Virus record (IMG/VR): IMGVR_UViG_3300015202_000004
Location: 83,943-147,942 of that record
DNA from: a virus
Direction: 5' to 3' (one strand)
Length of the DNA stretch: 64,000 bases
Numbering within the stretch: the stretch's first letter is position 1; every line of letters begins with the position of its first letter. The notes under the pieces were generated by a model. That model was not told the DNA's origin, ran no database searches, and saw only the letters and a list, made by a program, of their open reading frames with translations. The translations under genes and the position numbers were made by a program. Below are positions 1 to 10,732 of this stretch, piece after piece.

Positions 1-80
1 TTTGATGCTGCGGAAATAAATTCTGATAAATATTTAATAGGTATACATAGCAGCGGAATTGTAAAACGAATAGGTATGTA

Positions 81-416
81 ATGCACGAACAAGATGTACA
101 ACTACTTTCTTCAAAATTAGAAGAGATTAAAGATTCACAACAAGACGTTTCCAGAACAGTCGCCGAGCTTTTAGGCATTGTAGAAAGTATGGAGAAAAGA
201 TTCGATGAACACTTCAACTTGTCATTCGTATTGTCAGAACTAAGGGAAAAATTAGAAGCAATTGACGTTGATAATATGTTCGATTTTATCAACGATTTAG
301 AGACGGAAATCGAAGGTTTGTCCTATAACTATAAAAGGGCTGAAAAAGCAAATAACATTTCCGTTTACAAAGTAGTCAATATGCAGATGCCCATGTATTT
401 CAAACCAAAATCTTAA
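81..416 (+). CDS. hypothetical coiled-coil protein
   Basis: 111-aa ORF, helical/acidic, first gene of a + strand run. Confidence 0.6.
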   Translation: MHEQDVQLLSSKLEEIKDSQQDVSRTVAELLGIVESMEKRFDEHFNLSFVLSELREKLEAIDVDNMFDFINDLETEIEGLSYNYKRAEKANNISVYKVVNMQMPMYFKPKS

Positions 417-428
417 GGAGTCAAAATT

Positions 429-722
429 ATGACACAAGCAACAGTCCTCAAATATCTCAAGCATTTCGGAATACTTGCATTACTAGGCGCAGCTTCAGTA
501 GTATTAGTTGCCCTCTTACAACTCGCTGGCACATTCAACGTTTCAACATTGCCAGTTGCAGTACAAGGTTTAGCCTTTCTTCTTCTTCCAATTATGGTAG
601 CTGCTGGACAAAAAGTTAAAGCAGAAGTTGATGCCGAGCTAGCCGCTGAAGCAGCCGCTGCTAAAGTTGCACAATTAACTGCAAAGAATGCCGAACTTAG
701 CGCAAAGCTTGTTCATATCTAA
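429..722 (+). CDS. holin-like membrane protein
   Basis: Two hydrophobic segments plus Ala/Lys-rich tail; AAGGAG RBS; directly upstream of an amidase. Confidence 0.5.
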   Translation: MTQATVLKYLKHFGILALLGAASVVLVALLQLAGTFNVSTLPVAVQGLAFLLLPIMVAAGQKVKAEVDAELAAEAAAAKVAQLTAKNAELSAKLVHI

Positions 723-730
723 TTAAATCC

Positions 731-759
731 TAGCCCTCCTTAACGGGAGGGTTATTTTT
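731..759 (+). terminator. intrinsic terminator-like hairpin
   Basis: TAGCCCTCC-TTAAC-GGGAGGGTTA followed by T run. Confidence 0.6.
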
Positions 760-772
760 CTTCGAGGTAGTC

Positions 773-1435
773 ATGTCTTTTAATCCTCAAATGGAAATTC
801 CTGCAAGTGCTTTAAATGACTTTAAAGCTCTTACTAAAGTGCTTGAATCCAAGTATCCCGTGAAACCAGGTTTGCTATGTCGAGCATATTTACATTGGAC
901 AGTCGCACCGCACGGCGTTGAATTTAAAGATTACAATTTAGAAGTCGTTCTAAATGCTGGTAAACTAGCAATTCACGTCACAGGTAATCCACAAGATAAT
1001 GCGCCTGGATTAAACAACAATGCAATTCATTCACATACTTGGCATAGAAATACTGGAGCAATCGGTATTTCAATAGACGGTATGGATGGAGCAACAGTTA
1101 ATGATTTCGGCAAGGATGCACCTTCGGAATTAGAATTGTTATATTTATGTGGTGCTTTAGCCGCAGCTTCAAAAGCTTATGGTTTTGAAATTGATGGTCA
1201 CGTAACTACTGGTGCTACTCACGGAGATAATATCGGTGGCACAGTAAACACAAAAGGTGAAAAAGTAGTTTTAACACATGGTGAGTGCGCGGTGATTGAT
1301 AAGTATCCAACTGAACGTTGGGACTTAGGAACATTAGAAGCTTTGCCAGCAGGTATGCCTTTAACACCAGCTATGAGAACGGCATCGGGAGACAAGCTTC
1401 GTGCTTGCGCTCATAGAATAAAGCTTATGTTATAA
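773..1435 (+). CDS. N-acetylmuramoyl-L-alanine amidase-like endolysin
   Basis: YLHWT, HTWHRNTGAIGI, LTHGE motifs typical of Zn amidase_2 proteins. Confidence 0.7.
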   Translation: MSFNPQMEIPASALNDFKALTKVLESKYPVKPGLLCRAYLHWTVAPHGVEFKDYNLEVVLNAGKLAIHVTGNPQDNAPGLNNNAIHSHTWHRNTGAIGISIDGMDGATVNDFGKDAPSELELLYLCGALAAASKAYGFEIDGHVTTGATHGDNIGGTVNTKGEKVVLTHGECAVIDKYPTERWDLGTLEALPAGMPLTPAMRTASGDKLRACAHRIKLML

Positions 1436-2343
1436 TGAATAAAAAGCATGATTTAACAGGTAAAACATTTAATTATTTAAATGTTTTAAGTTTTGCTTAT
1501 ACAAAAGGCATTCCAAAATCTTCTTATTGGAATTGCCTTTGTGTTTGTGGAAATACAAAGATAATAGCAGCTAGACATTTAAAAAATAATTCAATTATAG
1601 CTTGTGGTTGCAAACGCTATTTAAATTTGCAAAATAAAAAAATTGGAAAATTACTTGTATTAGATAAATCGCATTATGAAAATGAAAACGTTTTTTGGAA
1701 TTCCTTATGTGATTGTGGTAATAAAACCATTGTAAAAGCCAGCAGTTTACAATCTGGTCATACACAATCTTGTGGATGTTTACAAAGAATAATCTCAAGT
1801 GCCTATAATAAAAATTATAGACAAAAATATCGTGAAAATGAAATTGGAAAAATATATAATAATTGTAAAATAATTTCAATAAATATATTAAAACCAAATT
1901 CTGCGGCCAGAGTAAAAGTATTATGTCATTGTAAAAAAGAATTTGAAACAGCATTAACTTCCTTAAAAAGAAGTTTGACAACTTCTTGCGGATGTAATCG
2001 TAAACTTGAATATGGAGTCGCTTCATTTAATAATTTATATTTTGCTTATAAAGCTGGTGCATCTCGAAGAAAATATTTATTTAAATTAACAAAAGAATAT
2101 TTTCAATTTTTAACAAAACAAAATTGTTATTATTGTAATTTGCCACCAAGCCAAATTGTAAAAAGTAAATGTAACACAGGTGATTATGTTTATAATGGTA
2201 TTGACCGAGTAGATAATTCAAAAGGATATATTTCAGAAAACTGCGTTACTTGTTGTAAAAAATGTAACAGCACAAAACAAAGTGTTTCAATTGAAATGGC
2301 AAGAAAAATGCTTAAATTTTTAGAAGGCAAACAAAATGTCTAA
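1435..2343 (+). CDS. HNH homing endonuclease with repeated CxCG DNA-binding units
   Basis: Repeated WNCLCxCGN..SCGC units; C-terminal NGIDRVDNSKGYISENCVTCCKKCN. Confidence 0.85.
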   Translation: MNKKHDLTGKTFNYLNVLSFAYTKGIPKSSYWNCLCVCGNTKIIAARHLKNNSIIACGCKRYLNLQNKKIGKLLVLDKSHYENENVFWNSLCDCGNKTIVKASSLQSGHTQSCGCLQRIISSAYNKNYRQKYRENEIGKIYNNCKIISINILKPNSAARVKVLCHCKKEFETALTSLKRSLTTSCGCNRKLEYGVASFNNLYFAYKAGASRRKYLFKLTKEYFQFLTKQNCYYCNLPPSQIVKSKCNTGDYVYNGIDRVDNSKGYISENCVTCCKKCNSTKQSVSIEMARKMLKFLEGKQNV

Positions 2344-3071
2344 AGCATTAATAAGTGCAAATCAAATAGTTGATATTTTAAGAAAAAAACATCCTCAACC
2401 GGAATGGGTTTTTTTTTTTTTCAGAGTTACGTTGCGGCAGCGGATACTCCAAAGCAGCCCAGAAACGCATAGACGCCTGGGTTTTAAACTGTTATCCATC
2501 TAAGGACCATATAAAGATATCATACGAAATTAAAGTTTATCGTAGTGACTTTTTAAACGAAATGAAAGACCCTAAGAAAAGAAAACAAGGTCTGCTTCTT
2601 TCAAACCAATTCTATTTCGTGGCTCCAGCAGGAGTAATAAAATTAGAAGAAGTACCTAATGAGTGTGGATATATAGAGATTACAGATAAGCATAAAATTA
2701 AGATAATTAAAGAGGCTCCCATGCGTGTTTGCAAGGACCCGACCTGGTTATTTGTTTCCTCTTTAGCGAGACGTACTTCAAAAAATGAAGGCGTCAATTT
2801 AGCTAGTTTACCAAGCCAGACGATTACTGCCATTATGGAAATCTTACATCGCGGCCAAAAATCAAATATGAATGGAACTGAAACGCTTATGTTCGGTTAT
2901 TTAGAAAAAGAAATAATCAAACGTGCTACTTCAGAACATAATAAAAAAACTAGCGAACAAAGAGCTAGAACAAAATTTTATGCTAAAACCCGACGTGAAA
3001 ACAAAGGCGTTAGTTTAGAAGAGATACAAAAAATGTGGCAAGAAAAGCTTGCCAAAAAGAAGGAAACTTGA
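2336..3071 (+). CDS. MmcB-like PD-(D/E)xK nuclease, frameshifted at a T13 tract (2409-2421)
   Basis: ATG 2336 MSKALIS..HPQPEWVFF joins, after a frame change, SELRCGSG..RIDAW..YEIKVYRSDFLNEMKDPKK, continuing into ORF 2562-3071. Confidence 0.65.
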
Positions 3072-3088
3072 TATAATAATAAGCTGAA

Positions 3089-3538
3089 GTGAGGGTGTAT
3101 GAATTGGAAACTTACGGAAAACATGTGATTGCAGAACTATCCAAGTGTGCAAACATATCTGATTATGATGATGAAACAAAATTAAAAGCTTTGCTCCTAG
3201 AGTGTGCTTCAGAAGCTAATGCAACGGTTTTATCCGTTAGTACTCATAAATTTGAGCCACATGGAATTAGTGGCATAGTATATTTGGCCGAGTCCCATTT
3301 TTCAGTTCATGCATTCCCTGAAAAGGGTTATGTGGCAACTGACTTCTTCACTTGTGGAGAAACTACTTTCCCAATAAAGGCTCTCAATCATTTCAAAGAT
3401 GCTCTTGGCTGCGCCTTCGCATGCTATAACATCATTGAAAGAGGTCTTCCTCTTAAGGATTATGATGGTTCTTTTGGCTTGAAACTAAGCCCCATCTACG
3501 GATATGGCAGTGTTGAGGGCAACATCATAATTGACTAA
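3089..3538 (+). CDS. speD: S-adenosylmethionine decarboxylase proenzyme
   Basis: GKHVIAEL, HKFEPHGISG, LAESHFSVHAFPE (self-cleavage ES), DFFTCG. Confidence 0.9.
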   Translation: MRVYELETYGKHVIAELSKCANISDYDDETKLKALLLECASEANATVLSVSTHKFEPHGISGIVYLAESHFSVHAFPEKGYVATDFFTCGETTFPIKALNHFKDALGCAFACYNIIERGLPLKDYDGSFGLKLSPIYGYGSVEGNIIID

Positions 3539-4006
3539 CGGCTTATTGGCGTCTAGGTCGAACGGGGTCACATAGTCTTTGCAGCCTGGGCAATAAGTCC
3601 CGGCTGCATTTTTTTGGTTTAGGTCTGTGATTTCCGTGGTACATAGTTGACAAATGATGTGCTTATCGCTCTTTTCTTCCAGAGAGACGGACACTTTCCA
3701 GACATAATTCTTCTTCCAATCGGCCCCTTCGGGCAGAAACTGGAAAAAGTTTTTAGGAGGAGTTCCTAATCCAGAGTGATTTTTGCTCAGAATTTTCCCA
3801 GAACCAGTCTCCTTGATAAAAATCATAGGCAAATCTTTAGCGTCATGGGCATATGTGAGGCCATCAGGGAATTCTAAGTCAATAACCTGGCCCTTAATCG
3901 CCTGTATAACAGCCTTAGTGCCTGTCGGAAACAAGATTTCCCCCTGGTTTTCAGGGTTAATAGCCGGAAATTTAAGGGAAAGAACCTCTCCAATTATATA
4001 GTCCAT
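3485..4006 (-). CDS. hypothetical protein with C-terminal CxxC..CxxC
   Basis: ORF track; Zn-ribbon-like cysteines. Confidence 0.5.
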   Translation of the reverse strand: MDYIIGEVLSLKFPAINPENQGEILFPTGTKAVIQAIKGQVIDLEFPDGLTYAHDAKDLPMIFIKETGSGKILSKNHSGLGTPPKNFFQFLPEGADWKKNYVWKVSVSLEEKSDKHIICQLCTTEITDLNQKNAAGTYCPGCKDYVTPFDLDANKPLVNYDVALNTAISVDGA

Positions 4007-4537
4007 AAAAAATAGTAACCGTTCTCCATGCAAATAACTTGACAATTGACCTTAATTAAAGTACAGTATAAAAAAGGAAAGTGATATGTCTTTGGCAGCA
4101 GTGATGGGCAATTCCATACGCCGACCTCAAAAAGATTTAGCCACTCCTCGAATTAACTCCGGGGAGGTTAGGTATAATCTCCTTGTGCAAAAAGCAATAG
4201 CTCAAATTTTAGGCGGTAAGCCCTGGGAGCATATATTGAAATCATGCTCGGGGAACAATCGTGAGCGTTTTGTAGCCGAAATGCAAAGATACGTCCGAAT
4301 CTTAAAGCCTGGAACCTGATTGCCTTCTCTTAGAGATTATAAAACAAAAACGCCTCGAATCGAAGCGCTAATAAACGTCTGAATCAACTATTATGTAGAA
4401 CACTAAATTACCAGCGTCGTTGAAGTTTGAACCCACAACCACATACTCCGTATCATTTGCTATGATACTTCGGAGTTTTTTTGCTAGCTCGTTTTGTGGA
4501 GATATCAAAAGGTACATGGATAGTTACCTTAATAAAA

Positions 4538-4612
4538 TGGAGCCGCGACAGGGGTTCGAACCCTGGACCTCTTCCATACCAAGGAAGCGCACTACCGCTG
4601 TGCTATCACGGC
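4538..4612 (-). tRNA. tRNA-Thr(GGT)
   Basis: Cloverleaf, anticodon arm CTTCC-TTGGTAT-GGAAG, CCA. Confidence 0.9.
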
Positions 4613-4947
4613 ATATTATTTTTGCATTCAAGGCAACTTTTTTTACTTTTAAAAGCTTTTTCAGTTGACTTTTCCATTCCGGCAAGAATGGTATCTGGAT
4701 AAACCTGGCATAAAGTAAGCCCAGGTAAACCTTTGATGTGAGTTATTCCTTCGTATTTTACGAAGCTTCCATTATCGCATTGTGGGTTTCGACACTCTGC
4801 ATTTGTTCTGAAACTCCAACCGCATTCGCATTTAGTCCAACAACGGCATCCTGCGCTTTGCCGATTTCCGCATTGCGTACAACTTAAATCTAAGGTATCA
4901 ATGGCTAGATTTATTGGTTCCATGCTCCTATTATAACACACAATTTA

Positions 4948-5033
4948 TGGTCGGGAAAGTGGGACTTGAACCCACACGCCATCACTGACAACAGATTTTG
5001 AGTCTGCCGCGTCTACCATTCCACCATTCCCCG
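4948..5033 (-). tRNA. tRNA-Leu(CAA)
   Basis: Loop CTCAAAA, long V arm, CCA. Confidence 0.9.
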
Positions 5034-5038
5034 ATAAT

Positions 5039-5126
5039 TGGTCCTTCAGGCGAGACTCGAACTCGCAAGCCTTCACAGGCGACGGATTTTAAATCCGGTG
5101 TGTATACCCAGTTCCACCACTGAAGG
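5039..5126 (-). tRNA. tRNA-Leu(TAA)
   Basis: Loop TTTAAAA, long V arm, CCA. Confidence 0.9.
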
Positions 5127-5132
5127 ATATTT

Positions 5133-5217
5133 TGGTCGGGGCTAAGAGACTTGAACTCTTACGTCTTTCGACACTGGCTTCTAAGACCAGCGCGGCTACC
5201 AGTTACGCCAAACCCCG
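5133..5217 (-). tRNA. tRNA-Leu(TAG)
   Basis: Loop CTTAGAA, long V arm, CCA. Confidence 0.9.
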
Positions 5218-5385
5218 ATATAATCTATTTATAGCATTACTTATTGTTTTTGTCAAGTAGTAAATATTTATGCCATCTAAACCAATTATGGTCTTTTGCT
5301 GTTTTTAATCTATGACATTTTAAACACAAAACTTGATATTTTTTTATTATAGTATACAAAGTTAGAAAATTAATTTATTTGAACT

Positions 5386-5468
5386 AGCCGGAAGGCGGAT
5401 TCGAACCGCCGAGGGATTTCTCCGCCAGTTTACAAAACTGGTCCTATCGGCCACTAAGGGATTCCGGC
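5386..5468 (-). tRNA. tRNA-Thr(TGT) with long variable arm
   Basis: Acceptor GCCGGAA/TTCCGGC + U73; CCAGT-TTTGTAA-ACTGG; V-arm hairpin GGA-GAAA-TCC; no encoded CCA. Confidence 0.75.
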
Positions 5469-5797
5469 AAGGCTTGTGTAAGTATTATATGCGATTCACT
5501 AAGCTTTGTCAACACGAATGGTGTTATAATTCAGATAGTCTAGATTCATCACTAGGATATTGTCGGATTTTTTCTGAAGAAAGCATGTCACTTTACCAGG
5601 CATGAAAGGAATATCAATCGTCGCAAATGAACCATCTTCGGCAATTTTATGTATCTTAATTCTATTTACGTCAAACGTATCCGACAAAATATAATTAAGT
5701 GGACTATCACTTGTTTTTTCTTGAAAAGCTTTATTTTCAGATAGCTTTGCTTTAAGAACATCTAATTTAGCTTGGTAAAAAGACCAGTATTGCATTC

Positions 5798-6025
5798 CTA
5801 ACAATTGTATAACCTTATTGTGGGGTCATGTACTTGCGTAATACTTCCGGTACCATGAATCTTCGTTAATAATTCATGGCTAGCACCAAAGCTAGGGTCA
5901 ATTTCATAAGCGAATACCATCGCTAAATGACTCTTAATTGTATCCAACTGTTTTTGGGTTACAGAGCCTTCTTCACGAATTTCTAACCAACCTTTTAGCC
6001 AACTGCAAAAATCTTGACTTTTCAT
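5798..6025 (-). CDS. hypothetical protein (paralog of 6027-6230)
   Basis: MKSQDFCSWLKGWLE..QLDTIKSHLAMVF. Confidence 0.65.
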   Translation of the reverse strand: MKSQDFCSWLKGWLEIREEGSVTQKQLDTIKSHLAMVFAYEIDPSFGASHELLTKIHGTGSITQVHDPTIRLYNC

Positions 6026-6026
6026 A

Positions 6027-6230
6027 TTAACAATTGATTACCCCATCGTGAGTATTGATATTTTTGTTTATAAAATTATTAACCGTTGGCATAGTCTCTC
6101 CACCAGAATGTGTAAAAACAGCATTTAATTCTTTACGAATTATTCCTAACTGACGGTCGGTTAAGGAATTTGTTTCGCTTAACTCAAACATTCCTTGTAG
6201 CCAATAACAAAATTCTCTTGGTGTCTTCAT
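6027..6230 (-). CDS. hypothetical protein (paralog of 5798-6025)
   Basis: MKTPREFCYWLQGMFE..QLGIIRKELNAVF. Confidence 0.65.
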   Translation of the reverse strand: MKTPREFCYWLQGMFELSETNSLTDRQLGIIRKELNAVFTHSGGETMPTVNNFINKNINTHDGVINC

Positions 6231-7246
6231 TATTTCTTTAACCATTCTGGATGTTTAAGGCTCCACAATGTGGTTTTCTTCAAACATTCTTGTAAAGACA
6301 AAGGCGCTTCCCAACCTAAGTCCGCTATTTTAGTTCCATCTAATGAATAATGTAAATCATGTCCAGGTCGAACAGTGTTTACACTAATCAGTTCGTAATC
6401 TAATTCTTTACCAATGAAACCCGAAATCAACTTCGCGACCGTAAGATTGTCAATGGCTTGTTCGCCAACAACATGGAAACGGTCTGGAAAAACTTTATCA
6501 GGATACTGGGCTGGCTTTACATTATTCACAATAAACAACATCGCATCAGCCAAATTCCTTGCATGAAGATAATGTCTTGTGCCAATTTCTCCATCTGGAG
6601 AAGCATGAATCGTCATCTTCTCGTCATTTAAAACTCGGTTAATAGTTTTGGGAATGAATTTCTCAGGGTCTTGTCTTTCACCAATAATATTCATACAATT
6701 GATAATAACCAATGGTATGTTATATGTTCGCCACCACGAAATGGCGAAAGCCTCTTGTGCTGCTTTGGAAGCGCTATAAGGATTCGATGGTAAAATTGAA
6801 TCCCATTCTTTTGAAGGTCTTCCAAATGGAACTGCACCGTATACTTCATCAGTAGATAAATGCAAGAACATCTTTGGTTTCAAAGCTCTTGATAATTCAA
6901 GCATTGTTAGCATAATATCAACGTTGTTCTTGACAAAAGGAACAGGCTCTGTTATTGAACGGTCAACGTGACTCTCTGACGCAATATTTAAAATTACGTC
7001 TACGGCACCATTCTTTTCAATTTTATTAATAAGAATTGAACTGAACGGAACCATTAAATCATGAGTAATAACTTTTACTCGATGTGATTCCGAAGGATGC
7101 GCCTTCATCGCCTCTGTAATACGGTCTGTGATTCCGTGGTGACGGAAAGAATCAGTTACTGTAATGATAGCATCAGTGTTTATTAAAAAATGCTCTAATA
7201 CGTGATGACCAACAAAGCCACCCGCACCTGTTAGTAAAATATGCAT
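6230..7246 (-). CDS. rfbB: dTDP-glucose 4,6-dehydratase-like extended SDR
   Basis: TGAGGFVG, ASESHVDRSI, STDEVYG, PYSASKA, PEKFIP, RPGHD. Confidence 0.85.
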   Translation of the reverse strand: MHILLTGAGGFVGHHVLEHFLINTDAIITVTDSFRHHGITDRITEAMKAHPSESHRVKVITHDLMVPFSSILINKIEKNGAVDVILNIASESHVDRSITEPVPFVKNNVDIMLTMLELSRALKPKMFLHLSTDEVYGAVPFGRPSKEWDSILPSNPYSASKAAQEAFAISWWRTYNIPLVIINCMNIIGERQDPEKFIPKTINRVLNDEKMTIHASPDGEIGTRHYLHARNLADAMLFIVNNVKPAQYPDKVFPDRFHVVGEQAIDNLTVAKLISGFIGKELDYELISVNTVRPGHDLHYSLDGTKIADLGWEAPLSLQECLKKTTLWSLKHPEWLKK

Positions 7247-7416
7247 TTCGGGCTACTTAGCGGATTCGTCTACTTTGACGTGTCCAGCTTCAAGCAATCG
7301 CTCTACGAGATATTGCGCCGAATGTGTGGCTTTGTTAAATTGCATTTCTGCGCTTTGCCATCCACCTTCCATCACAACTAATTCTTTGGTAACGAAATTA
7401 ACTAGTTCTTGTTTTG

Positions 7417-7935
7417 TCATTGTAATAAATCCCAAATATCTTGTGGTAAGACTTGACGATAAGTTTTTTTAAAGTTTACTTTTTCAAAAACACAATAAGC
7501 TAACAAAGATGAACAAACAAAGCTAACAGGAGGACCTTGGCCCCATGTAGGTAAACCAACAAATCCTAGCAAACTTCCGAAATCGTAGCTGTGACCTAAA
7601 TTTGCCGTTGTCATAGCTATGGCTGCTTCTATGTCAGGAACAATTTTATTAGAAGGCATACGTGCTTCGGTTACTACTTGTTGTAAGTCATCTTGTTCAA
7701 TGACTTTATTTTCAGCACCCCAAGCAGCAATCATTTTGCCATCACCTAAAGCAATACCACAATGTGTATATCCTTTAAATCCTTGAGCAATACGAATGAT
7801 TAAATCACTAATACCGCCTCCATTTGTGAAAACTATAGTGCCTCTTTTAAAAGCTTGTTTTCCACTTGACAATGTAATAAGTAATGATTTACTAATTGCG
7901 TCCATTATATTTCCCTGCTTAAAAATGGCATCCAT
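7417..7935 (-). CDS. permuted papain-like (YiiX/NlpC-P60) peptidase
   Basis: THCGIALGDG His motif precedes YDF and CSSL Cys motif. Confidence 0.6.
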   Translation of the reverse strand: MDAIFKQGNIMDAISKSLLITLSSGKQAFKRGTIVFTNGGGISDLIIRIAQGFKGYTHCGIALGDGKMIAAWGAENKVIEQDDLQQVVTEARMPSNKIVPDIEAAIAMTTANLGHSYDFGSLLGFVGLPTWGQGPPVSFVCSSLLAYCVFEKVNFKKTYRQVLPQDIWDLLQ

Positions 7936-7958
7936 ACGATAGCTAAACTTGTTTTTTG

Positions 7959-8030
7959 TAGTCTAGTAGAGAATCGAACTCTAATTTTTACCGCGAGAAG
8001 GTAAAGAATTAACCATTATTCGACTAGACC
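7959..8030 (-). tRNA. tRNA-Glu(CTC)
   Basis: TTACC-TTCTCGC-GGTAA; TTCGATT T loop; no CCA. Confidence 0.75.
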
Positions 8031-8244
8031 AAATGTTTCAACCCCAGGTTTTACGTTAATTGAATTGTTCTTCGTCGTCTTTTAATTTGGTTTTATTCAT
8101 TATAGCACATGTAACGGATTTAGTAAAATCGGTCGCGGCTTCAAAACCATTAAGTAAAAAGAAAGATGGAATTACAGCACCAGCTATAATTGCGCCCCCT
8201 ACAAACAAAGCTTTTTTTAAAATATTCATATTTGTCCTTAAATT

Positions 8245-8320
8245 TGGTGGGACCGGAGGGAATCGAACCCCCGACACGATGCTCTTCAGGCATCTGCTCT
8301 ACCAACTGAGCTACAGTCCC
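8245..8320 (-). tRNA. tRNA-Phe(GAA)
   Basis: Canonical 76-nt cloverleaf with CCA. Confidence 0.95.
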
Positions 8321-8326
8321 GTAAAT

Positions 8327-8623
8327 TTAAGCCGCTGGCCCTTCAGTTACTTCTTCTTTAATATCCATTATATGCTGATGCAAAGCGTCTAACTTATCAT
8401 GTGTTTCATTACGAGCAGAATTAGCCGCGAACAAAAGCAAAATACTTAAACCATTGATAATTAAATTCTCCATACCCAAACCGTTATCAAACTGACCATG
8501 AGATAAGTATGAACTTGCTGTCCAACCTACTAAGAATGCAATTGCAATTCCTAAAGATAAAGGGTGTTGTGCGGCTTTATTTAAAAGCATTTGAAAAGCA
8601 ATTAGAAACTTCATTATACTCAA
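8327..8623 (-). CDS. small membrane protein, low-affinity iron permease-like
   Basis: Two TM segments then ANSARNETHDKLDAL. Confidence 0.4.
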   Translation of the reverse strand: MSIMKFLIAFQMLLNKAAQHPLSLGIAIAFLVGWTASSYLSHGQFDNGLGMENLIINGLSILLLFAANSARNETHDKLDALHQHIMDIKEEVTEGPAA

Positions 8624-8788
8624 TCAGTTGGGTGAATTTCACATCCAATGTAAACTATCTTTACATTTTCAGTAGAATTAAGAGGGCGTTTTGATTGCTC
8701 GCGGTCAGCATTAGATTTACAATCGTTGCATTTTTCGGCTGCAACAAATGAAACGTTGTGACTTTTTGGTCGTCTGTAATCTTCTGGA

Positions 8789-9418
8789 TTATGCATTATG
8801 ATTTACCATTTTCTCGGCAATATCTTGGGGAAATGCATATGCTTTTTGTGGAGCATAAGGGCGTTCTTGAGGACTCATACTTTGAGGATTATGTGGGCCG
8901 TAATTTACCCATGCATTTTGTCCTAAAGTTTCACTAGCTAAGGCAGGTAAAGCTTCTTTTGGAAACATTTTACTATGTGCTTGATAAGCTTTTAATTCAC
9001 CTTTAGGTCCAAATTCATGACCTGTATTAGCGTGTCCATGAATATCGTGAACTGCTCTAAAGAGTGAATTATAATTTTGCTTAGTGCCAGGTGCCATTTC
9101 TGCTAAAGGATGGTCTTTCTGCAAATCATCAACATTATACACTTTTAATTGTTTATTTGCAGCATCGTTACGCATATCATGTGACCTAGTGTAAGGCTCG
9201 TTTGGTGTAAAATGAAACTTCATGCCTTGATTTTTTAAGTCATTATACTGATTAAGTACGTGATGTTTAAAGGAATCATAGGAACTTTTTGTAGCAGGGT
9301 CGCCAGGATTATGAACCGCTTGTTCATGAATTTGGCCGATATTAGCTAACTCATTTTTAGTATTCGTATTAAGACTACTAAATCTTCGTATGCTAGCAAT
9401 ATAAGTCATCCATTTCAT
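8789..9418 (-). CDS. conserved phage protein, His-rich (FRAVHDxxGH)
   Basis: 209-aa ORF with AAGGAG RBS. Confidence 0.6.
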   Translation of the reverse strand: MKWMTYIASIRRFSSLNTNTKNELANIGQIHEQAVHNPGDPATKSSYDSFKHHVLNQYNDLKNQGMKFHFTPNEPYTRSHDMRNDAANKQLKVYNVDDLQKDHPLAEMAPGTKQNYNSLFRAVHDIHGHANTGHEFGPKGELKAYQAHSKMFPKEALPALASETLGQNAWVNYGPHNPQSMSPQERPYAPQKAYAFPQDIAEKMVNHNA

Positions 9419-9443
9419 GGCGACTCCTTAAAGATTAAAAAAA

Positions 9444-9528
9444 TGGCTGCTAGAACAGGACTCGAACCTGTAGTGGCTTTCGCCGACGCATTAACAGTGC
9501 GCTCCGATACCATTCCGGTCACCTAGCA
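9444..9528 (-). tRNA. tRNA-Asn(GTT) with long variable arm
   Basis: GCGCA-CTGTTAA-TGCGT; V arm GGC-GAAA-GCC; G73, CCA. Confidence 0.8.
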
Positions 9529-9784
9529 TTATACATTTATTTTAATACTTTAACGGGCTTTTGAACGAAACAATGTGTAAATCGCCTTGATTTTTTTCTA
9601 GTCCTGCCGCTGTTATTTCAACAGATAGAAAACCGCGTTCCTTAAGAAAAACTGTCAAGTTTTTAAGTCGGGCATGAACTTCTTCTTGATTCTCGCTCCC
9701 ATTCAATGGGTACTTAAGTCGAAGTTCATATACAGAAGTCTCTTCCATTTATTTATATTACCACAGAATTGCCTCTGTGTCAAT

Positions 9785-9872
9785 TGGTGCATAGGGTAGG
9801 ATTCGAACCTACGTATCGCTTCCGCGAAGCGGTTTTACAGACCGCCGTTTTTAGCCACTCAACCACCTATGC
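9785..9872 (-). tRNA. tRNA-Tyr(GTA)
   Basis: GCGGT-CTGTAAA-ACCGC, long V arm, CCA. Confidence 0.9.
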
Positions 9873-10414
9873 ATAAACCAATTTATGCCGCAAGAAGTTC
9901 TGTCCCAGTTTCTTTAAAATTAGCTTCGGTGAGACACATGCCGGGAACGGCCTTGCCTACGAAGTATCCCAAATGTTCGTTTCAGTTCTTATTGCAATGT
10001 TTACAAATTAGCATTTCACCACGACGAAATGAAGCCTGAGTAGCATTGGCTACTTTTTGCCTTGTAGTATTTCGGTCATACTTTTCTTGGCTACGTTCGA
10101 TTGCTTCAAATGTGGTCATGATAATTCTTTCTTAGTGCCCGTAATTAAATCCTAACATAAATTTTCTACCACTTGCATAGTGAGTTATTAATGTATCTGA
10201 AAATCCGCAGCAACCATTTTTTTGTAAATTTTTATATTCCTCTTCTTCAAGGATATTTCCGATTTCTGCTACACGATAGTTATCAATACAAGGGTCATTA
10301 ATTTTGTTAATTAATGATGATGCTCTTTTTGCTAAAAACAACCCTATTTCATCACCATATTTTAATTGAAACCATGTCACCCATTTATCGTACATTTTTA
10401 ATCCTTTAAAAAAT

Positions 10415-10489
10415 TGGCCGGGGAAGCGGGTAACGCTCCCGCGTCTCATGCTTTTCAGGCATACGCTAATCTGTCTCAGCTATTCCCCG
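10415..10489 (-). tRNA. tRNA-Phe(GAA), atypical elbow
   Basis: Loop CTGAAAA; T loop AGCGTTA; D loop AG in place of GG; G73. Confidence 0.75.
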
Positions 10490-10561
10490 ATAAGTACGTT
10501 CCTATCCGCCGTCACGTACAACCGCTAGTTGGCGCATTTTCAGCGCTTCACATTTTAAAAT

Positions 10562-10635
10562 TGGCTTCCCCGAATGGATTCGAACCACTGTGACAACGTT
10601 CAAAGCGTTGCATCCTACCGCTAGATGACAGGGAA
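10562..10635 (-). tRNA. tRNA-Gln(TTG)
   Basis: CAACG-CTTTGAA-CGTTG, CCA. Confidence 0.85.
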
Positions 10636-10651
10636 ATATGTTTTAAATTTT

Positions 10652-10726
10652 TGGCTCCATCGGTTGGTTCCGCCCCAACATCTTATTGTTCAAAGCAATG
10701 TATCCTACTAGTTAGACGACGATGGA
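10652..10726 (-). tRNA. tRNA-Gln(TTG), atypical elbow
   Basis: Loop CTTTGAA; T loop GGCGGAA; D loop AACTAGTA. Confidence 0.75.
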
Positions 10727-10732
10727 ATAAAT

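Noticed and set aside
5386-5468. tRNA-Tyr call from GTAAA and long V arm
   Set aside because: The perfect 5-bp stem centres TGT; G1:C72, C2:G71 and U73 fit Thr.
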